From contig NC_091982.1 of NCBI RefSeq assembly GCF_044704955.1, positions 256,432,001 to 256,496,000 of the forward strand: DNA of 64,000 nucleotides. Reading direction: 5' to 3'. This document shows positions 1-13,300 of this stretch, in pieces (position 1 is the first letter of the stretch; every line of letters begins with the position of its first letter). The translations under genes were made by a program, and so were the position numbers. The notes beneath the pieces are model-generated. The model was not told where the DNA came from and did not search any database. It saw only the letters and a program-made list of their open reading frames with translations. This DNA comes from Pristiophorus japonicus (Eukaryota).

Positions 1-89
1 CACACACAAGGCGAGGCACAGGCTATAGGCTCCACTATAAAGCTCGCCTCACCCTCAGACTCAACTGATACCCATACAAAAAAATCAAA

Positions 90-460
90 AGGCTAATGGA
101 ATGTTAGCTTTTCTAAAGTAGAAGGCTAGAATACAATGGGTTGGGGGGACCGGGGAGCGGGGCCGGAGAGCTGGGGTGGGGGGGGGCTGTTGACTACAGT
201 TATACAAAGCACTAGCTAGACTACATCTACAGAGTCCTGGACACCGCAGCTTAGAAAGGACATATTGGCCTTGGAAGGAGTGCAGCAGAGAGTCATCAGA
301 ATGTTACCAGGGCTCCAAGGGTTAGATTATGTGGAGATCTCACACAAACTAGGCTTGTGTTCCCTGGAATATAGAAGGTTAAGGGGATTTGATTCAGGTT
401 CTTTAGGATTTTGAAAGGAATTGATTGGGTAGATGGAACAGAATTTGTCTGAATGGTTGT
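90..460 (+). mobile_element. Decayed CR1-type LINE ORF2 3' fragment
   Basis: Degenerate match to the 'ANGMLAF...RKDILALEGVQ' region of the intact CR1 copies in this window. Confidence 0.6.
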
Positions 461-1177
461 CACTTTTTTTTGGAGAGTTAATTATGAGCCTATTTTGTAA
501 GTCTTTATATTCATTGAGGCCACTTTATTTTTTACTGCCGGCCCACATTTGACAATTAAATATAAAATATTTCTAGATAGCTTGTGACAGAACTCATAAA
601 AATAGAAGTCCTGTTTTAGTCAGTTCAGTTCTTGCGTTCCTCCAAACAGAGGCATGCTTTTTGGTTTCTGACGGGACTAGCTTAAACAATAAAAGTCAAA
701 CATACACAACGATCCCAAGCACCTTCCCTAGATATTACACCAGGCAAATTATCCACCAGTGCAGATTCACATTAAAAGCAATCAGCATGCGTAAAGTTAT
801 TTTTTTAATAACATTTTCTTGGTCAGATTGGAAACAGCTTCACAATAAATGGATACATTGCTATTAGGGGAAGAGCACAACCACTGAAATTGAAACGCAA
901 ATTAAGACAGGTCTGGTCTCTGTAATTCTGGTCGTAGGCATCCTGCAGAAATCAGAATTTCCACGAGCCTACAGCCTCCCATGGCTCAGACTGCTTCCTA
1001 GCCACCTTCTTCCTGTAAAAACCTAATGCCTCACTCTCATTTTCTCCTGTTGTATTCTACCTTCAACAGAATTTATTTTCTGGACCAGAAGTTTTAAAAT
1101 GTACTTTTTCCTCGGATAAGCATATTCTCAGTCTGTGATCAAGGTGGCCCTTGAACACATTCTCCCCATGACTTGTG

Positions 1178-1211
1178 TCTCTTCTCTCTTCTCTTCTCTT
1201 CTCTTCTCTTT
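1178..1211. repeat. (CTCTT)n microsatellite
   Basis: Seen directly in the sequence. Confidence 0.9.
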
Positions 1212-1734
1212 CCTCTTGAGCTCCAATCCAGCAGATTATCATTTCCACTATCAGCAACAAGCACATGTTCCCTTTCTCCCTCTGCTCCCTGGCAGGAGCT
1301 TTGCCTCTGCAATAGCTTCATTCACTCTTCCATCAGCCACACTTTTGGCATTCTTTCCTCATACACTTTTTAATGCAACTACAGCAGATGCAACTCATAC
1401 GCCGTCTGTGTCTGTACTCATAACTACTACCTACAACAGAGTAATTAATTCGCTGTGAAGCACTCTGGGACAATTCGAGGTTGCGAAAGGCACTAAATAA
1501 ATGCAAATTCTTTTCCAATTTATTCTTGTTCCCTTCCTTTCGGTCAACTCCTATAAAGGGGTTCTCGTACCAGTTCCCAAGGAGCCCACTTGAAACATTA
1601 ATACAAAAGCAAAATACCGCAGAGGCTGGAAATCTGGAATTTAAAAAAAAACAGACAATGCAGCATCTGTGGAGAGAGAAAGAGAGTTATAATTTCAAGC
1701 CAATGACCTTTCATCATCGATCTGAAACGCATGC

Positions 1735-3392
1735 CGTGATTTTGCTGACCTCGGTGGGTCCCGACCCCGGTGCTGTCTCCATCCCGGCCTCTGAAATTAA
1801 TTTCCCCTGATTGGGCTTGTCAAGCCCGCCCAGCATGTTTGTCGGCCAATCAGACGGTTTCCTTTCAGGGGCCATGGCCAACTTTCTTTTGACATTTGTG
1901 CTGTCAGTATTCTACAGCACTGAGGTGCTGCAAACATTGACAAGCACTGCACAGAGGTGCACGCCTGCACCCAGGCTCTCCCATCACTCCCTCCGTATGT
2001 TTATGGAGGGAGTCACAGCACGCAGGGAAGGTCCTCTTCCCTTCCCATGGGCGGAAGAGACCTCCCCAGGAGATAACACAGCCTGGTTGCACATTGCAGA
2101 GGAGAACACATCAGGGATGTGGTCAGGAGGACATGGGTGCAGTGCCACAAACCTTTCAATGATCTCAGTAGATCACGACAAGTTAGTACAAAGCCACACT
2201 CAACCTCATCCTGCTGTGCCTCTCATCATATCCCCATCAGTCTGCCTTCTCTACCCTACTCCTGCACATCCTTACTCACATCAACTTTTCTTGCACCCCC
2301 ACCCATCCTTCTCCATCTACATTATCACTTCCCCATCTCACTAGCCACCCCTCACACTCACCTTCATCCGAGTCCAATCATACCAACTAACACACTTGGG
2401 TGTTTTATGCAATGTTCATGTAAAGTTTCTGTTAATGTGGTATCAAACATTGAAAGCTTTATTTTCAACCCTTTGCGTTCTTGGACAGATTTAAGTGCAC
2501 CTTTGGCAATGGTTTAGTGAGTTGCAGTGAATAGTGAGACATAACGGTACCCTCCCCCCCCCACAATGGTCATGAGAGTGAAAGGAATGGCTTGGGCATT
2601 GTCGGAGTGCTTTCTGGTGTTGGTGTGGGTGTGGGGTGGTTCCAACCTGGCGCATCTTGTGGCAGCCAGGGTGTACAGCATCAAGTGAGGTAAATCTGGC
2701 CATGATGAGGCCATCACTGCCCTCCCGGACAGCAATGTGCTCGGATGCTGATGCCCTGTTCAGCATCAGTTGATTGCGGAAAAGTTGGTGTTGTTGTTGG
2801 TGCTGCTGGTGTGGCAGCTGACCGTGGTGGAATTCTGAGGGCCAAGGTGAGAGAGTATATAAAGGGCATCCAAGCTGATGGAATGGATGGCAGGTGAAGT
2901 AGAGATGACAGAAGCGATCTGTTAATGGTGAGACAGGTAATGAGGCCATACTGGATGGAGACTTGTGTCATGGTGAATCTGTTGGGGAAATGCAGTGAGG
3001 AAGAGCTTGTGGGGGAGGGAAGATATCTCTGTAACGCGGGGAGCTTTTACTTTACATTTGAACTACCAACTCAACAGCTGATTCAATGGCCACTGACCTC
3101 CCGTCTCAGCTTCACAGATGTGATCCCCAGTAGCAAGGACGCCGTGGGCGAGCATGTAAAATTGAACGGTGTGCTCAAATGTGTTCTTAATCAACTCCAA
3201 ACAAGGTCATAATGACCTGAACTGGGTCTCCCGCTGCTGTCTCTCGGGTCTGCTCAGCGCTGACAGACCCGGCATCGGGGAAAGGCGCGTGGCGGCAAGT
3301 TAATTGTGGGTCTCAACCCGCTGGGGGGAAAAACTTTTGCACCCAACTCGCCACCGATCGCGCCCACTAACCCCCCCCCGCAAGATCCAGCC
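1735..3392. mobile_element. Probable decayed Harbinger-type DNA element inserted inside a palindromic short repeat (arms at about 1605-1730 and 3393-3463)
   Basis: Ends in aagatccagcc, like the terminus aaaatccagccc at about 17878-17889. Flanking arms are inverted (gcagcatctgtggagagaga versus tctctctccacagatgctgc). Confidence 0.4.
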
Positions 3393-3777
3393 TGTTCATT
3401 CGGTTTCTCTCTCCACAGATGCTGCCTAACTTGCTGAGTATTTCCAGCATTTTCTGTTTTTAATCACATGAAACATTGAGCCATTTTTCTCTTGCATATG
3501 CTGACTGTGATGTGCATTTCCTGTTAATGGTTGGAAAATCAAAGGCTGCCCACACTCATTACTTTTATGTTCTGCCAGTGGTCAAGTGTCCCCTCTGGCA
3601 GTGCAGACTAGTTCAAGCACCAAACATTTCCAGTTCTCCAGATGAGATTTCCCCCTCATTATCTGCAGTATCTGCGCTGGTCGCTTACCCTTTCTCTCCT
3701 TTAGTCACAAGGGGTGCTGTATTTTTCTCCATCTCTCTCCCTCATGTCGAGGGTTTCTTGGTCTAGTTCTCTGACAA

Positions 3778-3800
3778 GTCTCTCTCTCTCTCTCTCTCTC
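3778..3800. repeat. (CT)n microsatellite
   Basis: Seen directly in the sequence. Confidence 0.9.
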
Positions 3801-4180
3801 AACATTCCTCTCAACTCTATGGCATGGATTTGCTCTCATTCTTGACTCTATAGGATGACTATCACTCCCTTGTCTGCAGGATGCCTTCTCTCCCTATTCT
3901 CCGTGAAGTGGTTTACCTCTCTCTCTTATCATGGGGTGAGATTCCCTCCCACCTCTGTGATCTCTGCAGAATGACTTATCTTTGTGTACCTAATGTCTTG
4001 CCCACCACAAGTCCCTCTCCACAATGTCCTGCGAGTCTATTTTACCCTTCTTCCTGAGCATAACAGCTTGTTGTCTCACCCTCCCAAGTTTTGTCTTTAT
4101 TTTCTTTTGGGACAATCGCCCCTTTCTGCGATGCTCAGTCTCTCCCTCTCTCCACTGTCTGATGAGCGTGGGGTTTGTGA

Positions 4181-5465
4181 GTCTCCACCTATTCTCCCCG
4201 GGACGGTCTCCACCTATTCTCCCCGGGACGGTCGGCCTCCACCTATTCTCCCCGGGACGGTCTCCACCTATTCTCCCCGGGACGGTCGGCCTCCACCTAT
4301 TCTCCCCGGGACGGTCAGTCTCCACCTATTCTCCCCGGGACGGTCGGCCTCCACCTATTCTCCCCGGGACGGTCGGCCTCCACCTATTCTCCCCGGGACG
4401 GTCGGCCTCCACCTATTCTCCCCGGGACGGTCGGCCTCCACCTATTCTCCCCGGGACGGTCGGCCTCCACCTATTCTCCCCGGGACGGTCGGCCTCCACC
4501 TATTCTCCCCGGGACGGTCAGCCTCCACCTATTCTCCCCGGGACGGTAGGTGTCTCCACCTATTCTCCCCGGGACGGTCAGCCTCCACCTATTCTCCCCG
4601 GGACGGTCGGCCTCCACCTATTCTCCCCGGGACAGTCTCCACCTATTCTCCCCGGGACGGTCAGTCTCCACCTATTCTCCCCGTGACGGTCAGTCTCCAC
4701 CTATTCTCCCCGGGACGGTCAGTCTCCACCTATTCTCCCCGGGACAGTCTCCACCTATTCTCCCCGGGACGGTCAGTCTCCACCTATTCTCCCCGGGACG
4801 GTCAGTCTCCACCTATTCTCCCCGGGACGGTCAGTCTCCACCTATTCTCCCTGGGACGGTCAGTCTCCACCTATTCTCCCCAGGACGGTCAGTCTCCACC
4901 TATTCTCCCCGGGACAGTCTCCACCTATTCTCCCCGGGACGGTCAGTCTCCACCTATTCTCCCCGGGACGGTCAGTCTCCACCTATTCTCCCCGGGACGG
5001 TCAGTCTCCACCTATTCTCCCCGGGACGGTCAGTCTCCACCTATTCTCCCCGGGACGGTCAGTCTCCACCTATTCTCCCCGGGACGGTCAGTCTCCACCT
5101 ATTCTCCCCGGGACGGTCAGTCTCCACCTATTCTCCCCGGGACGGTCAGTCTCCACCTATTCTCCCCGGGACGGTCAGTCTCCACCTATTCTCCCCGGGA
5201 CGGTCAGTCTCCACCTATTCTCCCCGGGACGGTCAGTCTCCACCTATTCTCCCCGGGACGGTCAGTCTCCACCTATTCTCCCCGGGACGGTCAGTCTCCA
5301 CCTATTCTCCCCGGGACGGTCAGTCTCCACCTATTCTCCCCGGGACAGTCTCCACCTATTCTCCCCGGGACGGTCAGCCTCCACCTATTCTCCCCGGGAC
5401 GGTCAGCCTCCACCTATTCTCCCCGGGACGGTCAGCCTCCACCTATTCTCCCCGGGACAGTCTCC
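4181..5465. repeat. 29-bp minisatellite (with 25-bp variants), about 45 units, in AGFG1 intron 1
   Basis: Unit gtctccacctattctccccgggacggtca, repeated head-to-tail with no spacers. Confidence 0.97.
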
Positions 5466-5558
5466 CTCCCTTCCCTTGCTTTGTGTTTGATGCTGGGGGT
5501 GCAGGTGCAGGGGCAGGGGCAGGGGCAGGGCCCGGCCGCCCCGGGCTCGCATACTCAC

Positions 5559-5719
5559 AGGATGCCGCTGCAGGAGGTGCAGACGAAGGAGCCGATGGTC
5601 ATGTTGGCGTAGGTCGGGCCTCGCTGGTCGCAGTCGAAGCATTTCCTGTTGTGCAGGAGCGTTGTCATGTCCCGCAGCAGCTTCAGGTGCTTCTCCTCCT
5701 GCCTGCGCTTGGCCGCCAT
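5559..5719 (-). CDS. AGFG1: ArfGAP with FG repeats 1, coding exon 1; the rest of the gene lies beyond the window start
   Basis: MAAKRRQEEKHLKLLRDMT...CFDCDQRGPTYANMTIGSFVCTSCSGIL, an ArfGAP C4 zinc finger. ccATGG start context and CT|GTGAGT donor (phase 2). Confidence 0.93.
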
Positions 5720-5900
5720 GGAGACAGGCATCGAGCAGCCGGCCAGAGCGGACACAGCGGCGCAGCGAGGGCTGGGGAGGGACTAAGGGGCGGGCACACC
5801 CCCAACCGGAACACCGCACACCACTTCCGGCATACTGACACCCAGGGGGAGGGATTACAGGCGGACCCCAAGGCATGGAGACCCAGTGAGGGGCTGTGTG
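5720..5900 (-). promoter_or_regulatory. AGFG1 GC-rich promoter/5'UTR
   Basis: CpG-rich, with a GC box GGGGCGGG at about 5787 and ETS-like CCGGAA (about 5806) and ACTTCCGG (5823-5830). Confidence 0.6.
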
Positions 5901-5944
5901 TGGGTGCCAAGGGGAGGAGCTGCACCTAAACCATCGTCAATCAA

Positions 5945-6430
5945 TCGCAGGCAGTCCCTTGGAGTGCAGGAAGACTTGCTTCCACTCTAAAAGTGAGTTC
6001 TCAGGTGACTGAACAGTCCAATACGGGAATTACAGTCTCTGTCACAGGTGGGGCAGACTGTGGTTGAAGGAAAGGGTGGGTGGGGTGCCTGGGTTTGCCG
6101 CACGCTCCTTCCGCTGTCCGCGCTTGCTTTCCGCACGCTCCCGGCGACGAGACTCGAGGTGCTCCGCGCCCTCCCCGATGCTCTTCCCTCCATTTTCGGC
6201 GGCCGAGGGCCAGGGATTCCCAGGTGCCTGTGGGGGATGTTGCGCTTTATCCAGGAGGCTTTGACGGTGTCCTCGAAGCGTTTCCTCCGCCCACCTGCTG
6301 CTCGCTCGCCGTGTCGGAGCTCCGCGTAGAGCGCTTGCTTGGGGAGTCTCGTGTCGGGCATGCGGTATGATGTGGCCCGCCCAGCGGAGCTGATCGAGCG
6401 TGGTCAATGCTTTGACGCTGGGGATGTTAA
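5945..6430 (-). mobile_element. RTE-clade LINE 3' fragment
   Basis: QLRWAGH..PDTRLPKQALY..CPTCDRDCNSRIGLFSHLRTH, the C-terminal C2H2-like motif. Confidence 0.9.
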
Positions 6431-6589
6431 ACCACTCAATGAGGACACTTTAAGGATGCCAGATTTCCTTCCCTAATTTCCTACATTACAGCAGTGACTG
6501 CACTCCAAAAAATACTTCATTGGCTGTAAAGCGCTTTAAGACATCCGGTGGTCGTGAAAGGCTACGGTACACCGAGGGACTGGAATGTG

Positions 6590-7110
6590 GGTACAGTAGC
6601 ATAGTGGCTATATTACTGGACGAGTAAACCAGAGGCAAGGACTAATGATCCAGAGACAAGAGTTCATAATCCCACCACGGCAGCTGGAGAATTTAAATTC
6701 AGTTAACTAAATAAATCTGGAGGAAAAGACTAATATCAGTAATGGTTACCATGAAAACTACCAGACTGTCGTATAACCCCGTCTGGTTCACTAATGTCCT
6801 TTAAAAGAAAGAAAGACTTGCATTTATATAATGCCTTTCACTGGATGTCTCAAAGCGCTTTACAGTCAATGAAGTATTTTTTGAAGTGCAGTCACCGTTG
6901 TAATGTAGGAATTTAGGGAAGGGAATCTGGCATCCTTAACCGATCTGGCCTATATGTGACTCCAGACTCACAGCAAATGTGGTTGACTCTTAACTGCCTT
7001 CTGAGATGGCATAGTAAGCCACTCACCACCACCTTCTCGAGGGCAAGTAGGGATAGGCAATAAATACTGGCCTTGCCAGCAACACCCACATCCCATGAAC
7101 GAATTTAAAA
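6590..7110 (+). mobile_element. tRNA-derived SINE with a nested antisense SINE/L2 tail fragment (about 6805-6910)
   Basis: A-box-like TAGCATAGTGG and B-box-like GAGTTCATAATCC; ends in an A-run. Confidence 0.55.
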
Positions 7111-7249
7111 AAAATGTAACCCCCCCCCCCCCCCAACCTGTATGCATCAGAAACTGTTCAAATATAAATGTACCAAATATGCAATGTAACTAAATGAAGC
7201 ACCCTAGCGTGCTATATAAAGTATTTATGCTATATTGCACTGAATCGTA

Positions 7250-9608
7250 ATAGAAACATAGAAAATAGGTGCAGGAGCAGGCCATTCAGCCCTTCTAGCC
7301 TGCACCGCCATTCAATGAGTTCATGGCTGAACATGAAACTTCAGTACCCCCTTCCTGCTTTCACGCCATACCCCTTGATCCCCCGAGTAGTAAGGACTTC
7401 ATCTAACTCCCTTTTGAATATATTTAGTGAATTGGCCTCAACTACTTTCTGTGGTAGAGAATTCCACAGGTTCACCACTCTCTGGGTGAAGAAGTTTCTC
7501 CTTATCTCGGTCCTAAATGGCTTACCCCTTATCCTTAGACTGTGACCCCTGGTTCTGGACTTCCCCAACATTGGGAACATTCTTCCTGCATCCAACCTGT
7601 CCAAACCCGTCAGAATTTTAAACGTTTCTATGAGGTTCCCTCTCACTCTTCTGAACTCCAGTGAATACAAGCCCAGTTGATCCAGTCTTTCTTGAAAGGT
7701 CAGTCCCACCATCCCGGGAATCAGTCTGGTGAATCTTCGCTGCACTCCCTCAATAGCAAGAATGTCCTTCCTCAAGTTAGGAGACCAAAACTGTACACAA
7801 TACTCCAGGTGTGGCCTCACCAAGGCCCTGTACAACTGTAGCAACACCTCCCTGCCCCTGTACTCAAATCCCCTCGCTATGAAGGCCAACATGCCATTTG
7901 CTTTCTTAACCGCCTGCTGTACCTGCATGCCAACCTTCAATGACTGATGTACCATGACACCCAGGTCTCATTGCACCTCCCCTTTTCCTAATCTGTCACC
8001 ATTCAGATAATAGTCTGTCTCTCTGTTTTTACCACCAAAGTGGATAACCTCACATTTATCCACATTATACTTCATCTGCCACGCATTTGCCCACTCACCT
8101 AACCTATCCAAGTCACTCTGCAGCCTCATAGCATCCTCCTCGCAGCTCATACTGCCACCCAACTTAGTGTCATCCGCAAATTTGGAGATACTACATTTAA
8201 TCCCCTCGTCTAAATCATTAATGTACAATGTAAACAACTGTGGCCCCAGCACAGAACCCTGCGGTACCCCACTAGTCACTGCCTGCCATTCGGAAAAGTA
8301 CCCATTTACTCCTACTCTTTGCTTCCTGTCTGACAACCAGTTCTCAATCCACGTCAGCACACTACCCTCAATCCCATGTGCTTTAACTTTGCACATTAAT
8401 CTCCTGTGTGGGACCTTGTCGAAAGCCTTCTGAAAGTCCAAATATACCACATCAACTGGTACTCCTTTGTCCACTTTATTGGAAACATCCTCAAAAAATT
8501 CCAGAAGATTTGTCAAGCATGATCTCCCTTTCACAAATCCATGCTGACTTGGACCTATGATGTCACCATTTTCCAAATGCGCTGCTATGACATCCTTAAT
8601 AATTGATTCCATCATTTTACCCACTACTGAGATCAGGCTGACCGGTCTATAATTCCCTGCTTTCTCTCTCCCTCCTTTTTTAAAAAGTGGGGTTACATTG
8701 GCTACCCTCCACTCGATAGGAACTGATCCAGAGTCAATGGAATGTTGGAAAATGACTGTCAATGCATCCGCTATTTCCAAGGCCATCTCCTTAAGTACTC
8801 TGGGATGCAGTCCATCAGGCCCTGGGGATTTATCGGCCTTCAATCCCATCAATTTCCCCAACACAATTTCCCGACTAATAAAGATTTCCCTCAGTTCCTC
8901 CTCCTTACTAGACCCTCTGACCACTTTTATATCCGGAAGGTTGTTTGTGTCCTCCTTAGTGAATACTGAACCAAAGTCCTTGTTCAATTGGTCTGCCATT
9001 TCTTTGTTCCCCGTTATGACTTCCCCTGATTCTGACTGCAGGGGACCTACGTTTGTCTTTACTAACCTTTTTCTCTTTACATACCTATAGAAACTTTTGC
9101 AATCCGCCTTAATGTTCCCTGCAAGCTTCTTCTCGTACTCCATTTTCCCTGCCCTAATCAAACCCTTTGTCCTCCTCTGCTGAGTTCTAAATTTCTCCCA
9201 GTCCCCAGGTTCGCTGCTATTTCTGGCCAATTTGTATGCCATTTCCTTGGCTTTAATACTATCCCTGATTTCCCTTGATAGCCACGGTTGAGCCACCTTC
9301 CCTTTTTTATTTTTACGCCAGACAGGAATGTACAATTGTTGTAATTCATCCATGCGGTCTCTAAATGTCTGCCATTGCCCATCCACAGTCAACCCCTTAA
9401 GTATCATTAGCCAATCTATCTTAGCCAATTCATGCCTCATACCTTCAAAGTTACCCTTCTTTAAGTTCTGGACCATGGTCTCTGAATTAACTGTTTCATT
9501 CTCCATCCTAATGCAGAATTCCACCATATTATGGTCACTCTTCCCCAAGGGGCCTCGCACAATGAGATTGCTAATTAATCCTCTCTCATTACACAACACC
9601 CAGTCTAA
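7250..9608 (-). mobile_element. Young 5'-truncated CR1 LINE (family A, TTTCTATG tail)
   Basis: RT motifs QGSVLGP and FADD in ORFs 7968-9611 and 7341-7955, split by one stop codon. Confidence 0.95.
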
Positions 9609-10309
9609 CAATTGTGCTGCAATGTAGCATTACAATTTTTTATGAATAAAGTATATTTTTGAAAAAAATCTGCACCTACTGCAGAAATCTCTCAACACAT
9701 TTTTTTTGTAAAGGGGGACAGTAATTTTGCCTTTGAAAAAAGGTGTTAGCATGTTTCTTCCCCCAGAGAGCTAGTTTCTCTCTAACCACAAACCAATTGT
9801 ACAATTAGCTTTGAAAAACAATATGGTCAACTTCAATATTGCTCTCGAGGGCGAATAAACAAATTGATATTAAATGACGAGTTCTATATTACAGTTGTAA
9901 TGTTGTTATGTGCATAAATACAACTTTCAGTGATCTGCCTGCAAATAACGTTTCTTTTCTGGACCAGCTACTAATATTTACTGTATACATACTTAAAATA
10001 TTTAACATATTCTTAACATAAATGTTATATATATATTGAAAGTAAGTATTATAACACGAAAGCTGCAACTGAAATCTTAGACTATCACATGCACATGATT
10101 TTCTCCATGTTGCTGAAGACAATTTTGGTATCCCATTACAATGAGCATAGCTAATTTAGTACAATATATGGATCACACATTGATCTGAATGTGTGAATCT
10201 AAACTATAACTGTCTCAGTTGATATTTTATGGTTAGTACATGTGTGGTGCAGGCATGCAGAAACCACTAAATGGTATACAGAGCATCGAGTGTTGATTTG
10301 CTCCTAGAT

Positions 10310-13300
10310 CTTTCCTGCTGGAAACTAGCAACTGGAAACATTGTAACAACTGGAGGCTGTAACAGATGGAAACATTGAAACAACTGGAGACACTGAAACA
10401 CTGGGCAACATTGTAACATGTGAGTGATCACAGTATGGTTGAATTTGTAATACAGATTGAGGGTGAGGAAGTAGTGTCTCAAACGAGCGTACTATGCTTA
10501 AACAAAGGGGACTATAGTGGGATGAGGGCAGAGTTGGCTAAAGTAGACTGGAAACACAGGCTAAACGGTGGCACAATTGAGGAACAGTGGAGGACTTTTA
10601 AGGAGCTCTCTCATAGTGCTCAACAAAAATATATTCCAGTGAAAAACAAGGGCGGTAAGAGAAGAGATAACCAGCCGTGGATAACCAAGGAAATAAAGGA
10701 GAGTATCAAATTAAAAACCAATGTGTATAAGGTGGCCAAGGTTAGTGGGAAACTAGAAGATTGGGAAAATTTTAAACGACAGCAAAGAATGACTAAGAAA
10801 GCAATAAAGAAAGGAAAGATAGATTACGAAAGTAAACTTGCGCAAAACATAAAAACAGATAGTAAAAGCTTTTACCGATATATAAAACGGAAAAGAGTGA
10901 CTAAAGTAAATGTTGGTCCCTTAGAAGATGAGAAGGGGGATTTAATAATGGGAAATGTGGAAATGGCTGAGACCTTAAACAATTATTTTGCTTCGGTCTT
11001 CACAGTGGAAGACACAAAAACCATGCCAAAAATTGCTGGTCACGGGAATGTGGGAAGGGAGGACCTTGAGATAATCATTATCACTAGGGAGGTCGTGCTG
11101 GACAGGCTAATGGGACTCAAGGTAGACAAGTCCCCTGGTCCTGATGAAATGCATCCCAGGGTATTAAAAGAGATGGCGGAAGTTATAGCAGATGCATTCG
11201 TTATAATCTACCAAAATTCTCTGGACTCTGGAGAGGTACCAGCGGATTGGAAAGCAGCTAATGTAATGCCTCTGTTTAAAAAAGGGGGCAGGTAACTATA
11301 GGCCGGTTAGTTTAACATCTGTAGTGGGGAAAATGCTTGAAGCTATCATTAAGGAAGAAATAGCGGGACACCTAGATAGGAATAGTGCAATCAAGCAGAC
11401 CACAACATGGATTCATGAAGGGGAAATTATGTTTAACTAATTTACTGGAATTCTTTGAGGATATAACGAGGATGGTGGATAAAGGTGTACCGATGGATGT
11501 GGTGTATTTAGATTTCGATAAGGTGCCACACAAAAGGTTACTGCAGAAGATAAAGGTACGTGGATGCAGAGGAAATGTATTAGCATGGATAGAGAATTGG
11601 CTGGCTAACAGAAAGCAGAGAGTCGGGATAAATGGGTCCTTTTCGGGTTGGAAATCAGTGGTTAGTGGTGTGCCACAGGGATCGGTGCTGGGACCACAAC
11701 TGTTTACAATATACATAGATGACCTGGAAGAGGGGACAGAGTGTAGTGTAACAAAATTTGCAGATGACACAAAGATTAATGGGAAAGTGGGTTGTGTAGA
11801 GGACACAGAGAGGCTGCAAAGAGATTTAGATAGGTTAAGCGAATGGGCTAAGGTTTGGCAGATGGAATACAATGTCGGAAAATGTGAGGTCATCCACCTT
11901 GGAAAAAAAAAACAGTAAAAGGGAATATTATTTGAATGGGGAGAAATTACAACATGCTGCGGTGCAGAGGGACCTGGGGGTCCTTGTGCTTGAATCCCAA
12001 AAAGTTAGTTTGCAGGTGCAGCAGGTAATCAGGAAGGCGAATGGAATGTTGGCTTTCATTGTGAGAGGGATGGAGTACAAAAGCAGGGAGGTCCTGCTGC
12101 AACTGTACAGGGTATTGGTGAGGCCGCACCTGGAGTACTGCGTGCAGTTTTGGTCACCTTACTTAAGGAAGGATATACTAGCTTTGGAGGGGGTACAGAG
12201 ATGATTCACTAGGATGATTCCAGAGATGAGGGGGTTACCTTTGATGATAGATTGAGTAGACTGGGTTTTTACTCGTTGGAGTTCAGAAGGATGAGGGGTG
12301 ATCTTATATAAACATTTAAAATAATGAAAGGGATAGACAAGATAGAGGCAGAGAGGTTGTTTCCACTGGTCGGGGAGACTAGAACTAGGGGGCACAGCCT
12401 CAAAATACGGGGGAGCCAATTTAAAACCAAGTTGAGAAGGAATTTCTTCTCCCAGAGGCTTGTGAATCTGTGGAATTCTCTGCCCAAGGAAGCAGTTGAG
12501 GCTAACTCATTGAATGTATTCAAATTACAGATAGATAGATTTTTAACCAATAAGGGAATTAAGGGTTATTAGGAGCGGGCGGGTAAGTGGAGCTGAGTCC
12601 ACGGCCAGATCAGCCATGATCTTGTTGAAAGGCGGAGCAGGCTCGAGGGGCTAGATGGCCTACTCCTGTTCCTAATTCTTATGTTCTTATGTTCTAACAA
12701 CTTAAAACTAGCAATTGGAAACATTGAAACAACTGGAGACGCTGAAACAATGGGTAACATTGTAACAACTTAAAACTAGCAATTGGAAACATTGAAACAA
12801 CTGGAAACAGTAACCACTGGAAACATTGCAACAGCTTGAAACTGTAGCAACTGGAACCATTGTAACTGAAAGATGTAACGGCTGGAAATATTGAAACAGC
12901 TGGAAACACTGAAATAGCTGGAAACATTGTGACAACTGGAAGTTGTAACAACTGGATACTGTAACAACTGGAAACTTACAACCGAAAAGATTGTAATAGC
13001 TGGAAACATTGTAACAACTGGAAACTAAAACAGCTGGAAACTCACAACTGGAAAAATTGAAACAGCTGGAAACTGTAGCAACTGGAAACTAGCGACTGGA
13101 AACATTGTAACAACTGAAAGCTGTAACAATTGGAGACATTGCAACAGCTGGAAATGTTGTAACAGCTGGAAACTAACAACTGGAAACATTTTAACAGCTG
13201 GAAACATTGTAACAGCTGGAAACTAACAACTGGAAACATTGTAGCAACTAGAAACTAGCAACTGGAAACATTGAAACAGGTGGAAAATTGTAACAGCTGG

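Noticed and set aside
4181-5465. CRISPR-like array of about 29-bp repeats
   Set aside because: There are no unique spacers and no cas genes, and the context is eukaryotic.
3984-5929. Long ORFs of 542, 459 and 220 aa with repeated PPILPGT/TYSPRDG
   Set aside because: They are stop-free translations of the 29-bp minisatellite, antisense to AGFG1 intron 1.
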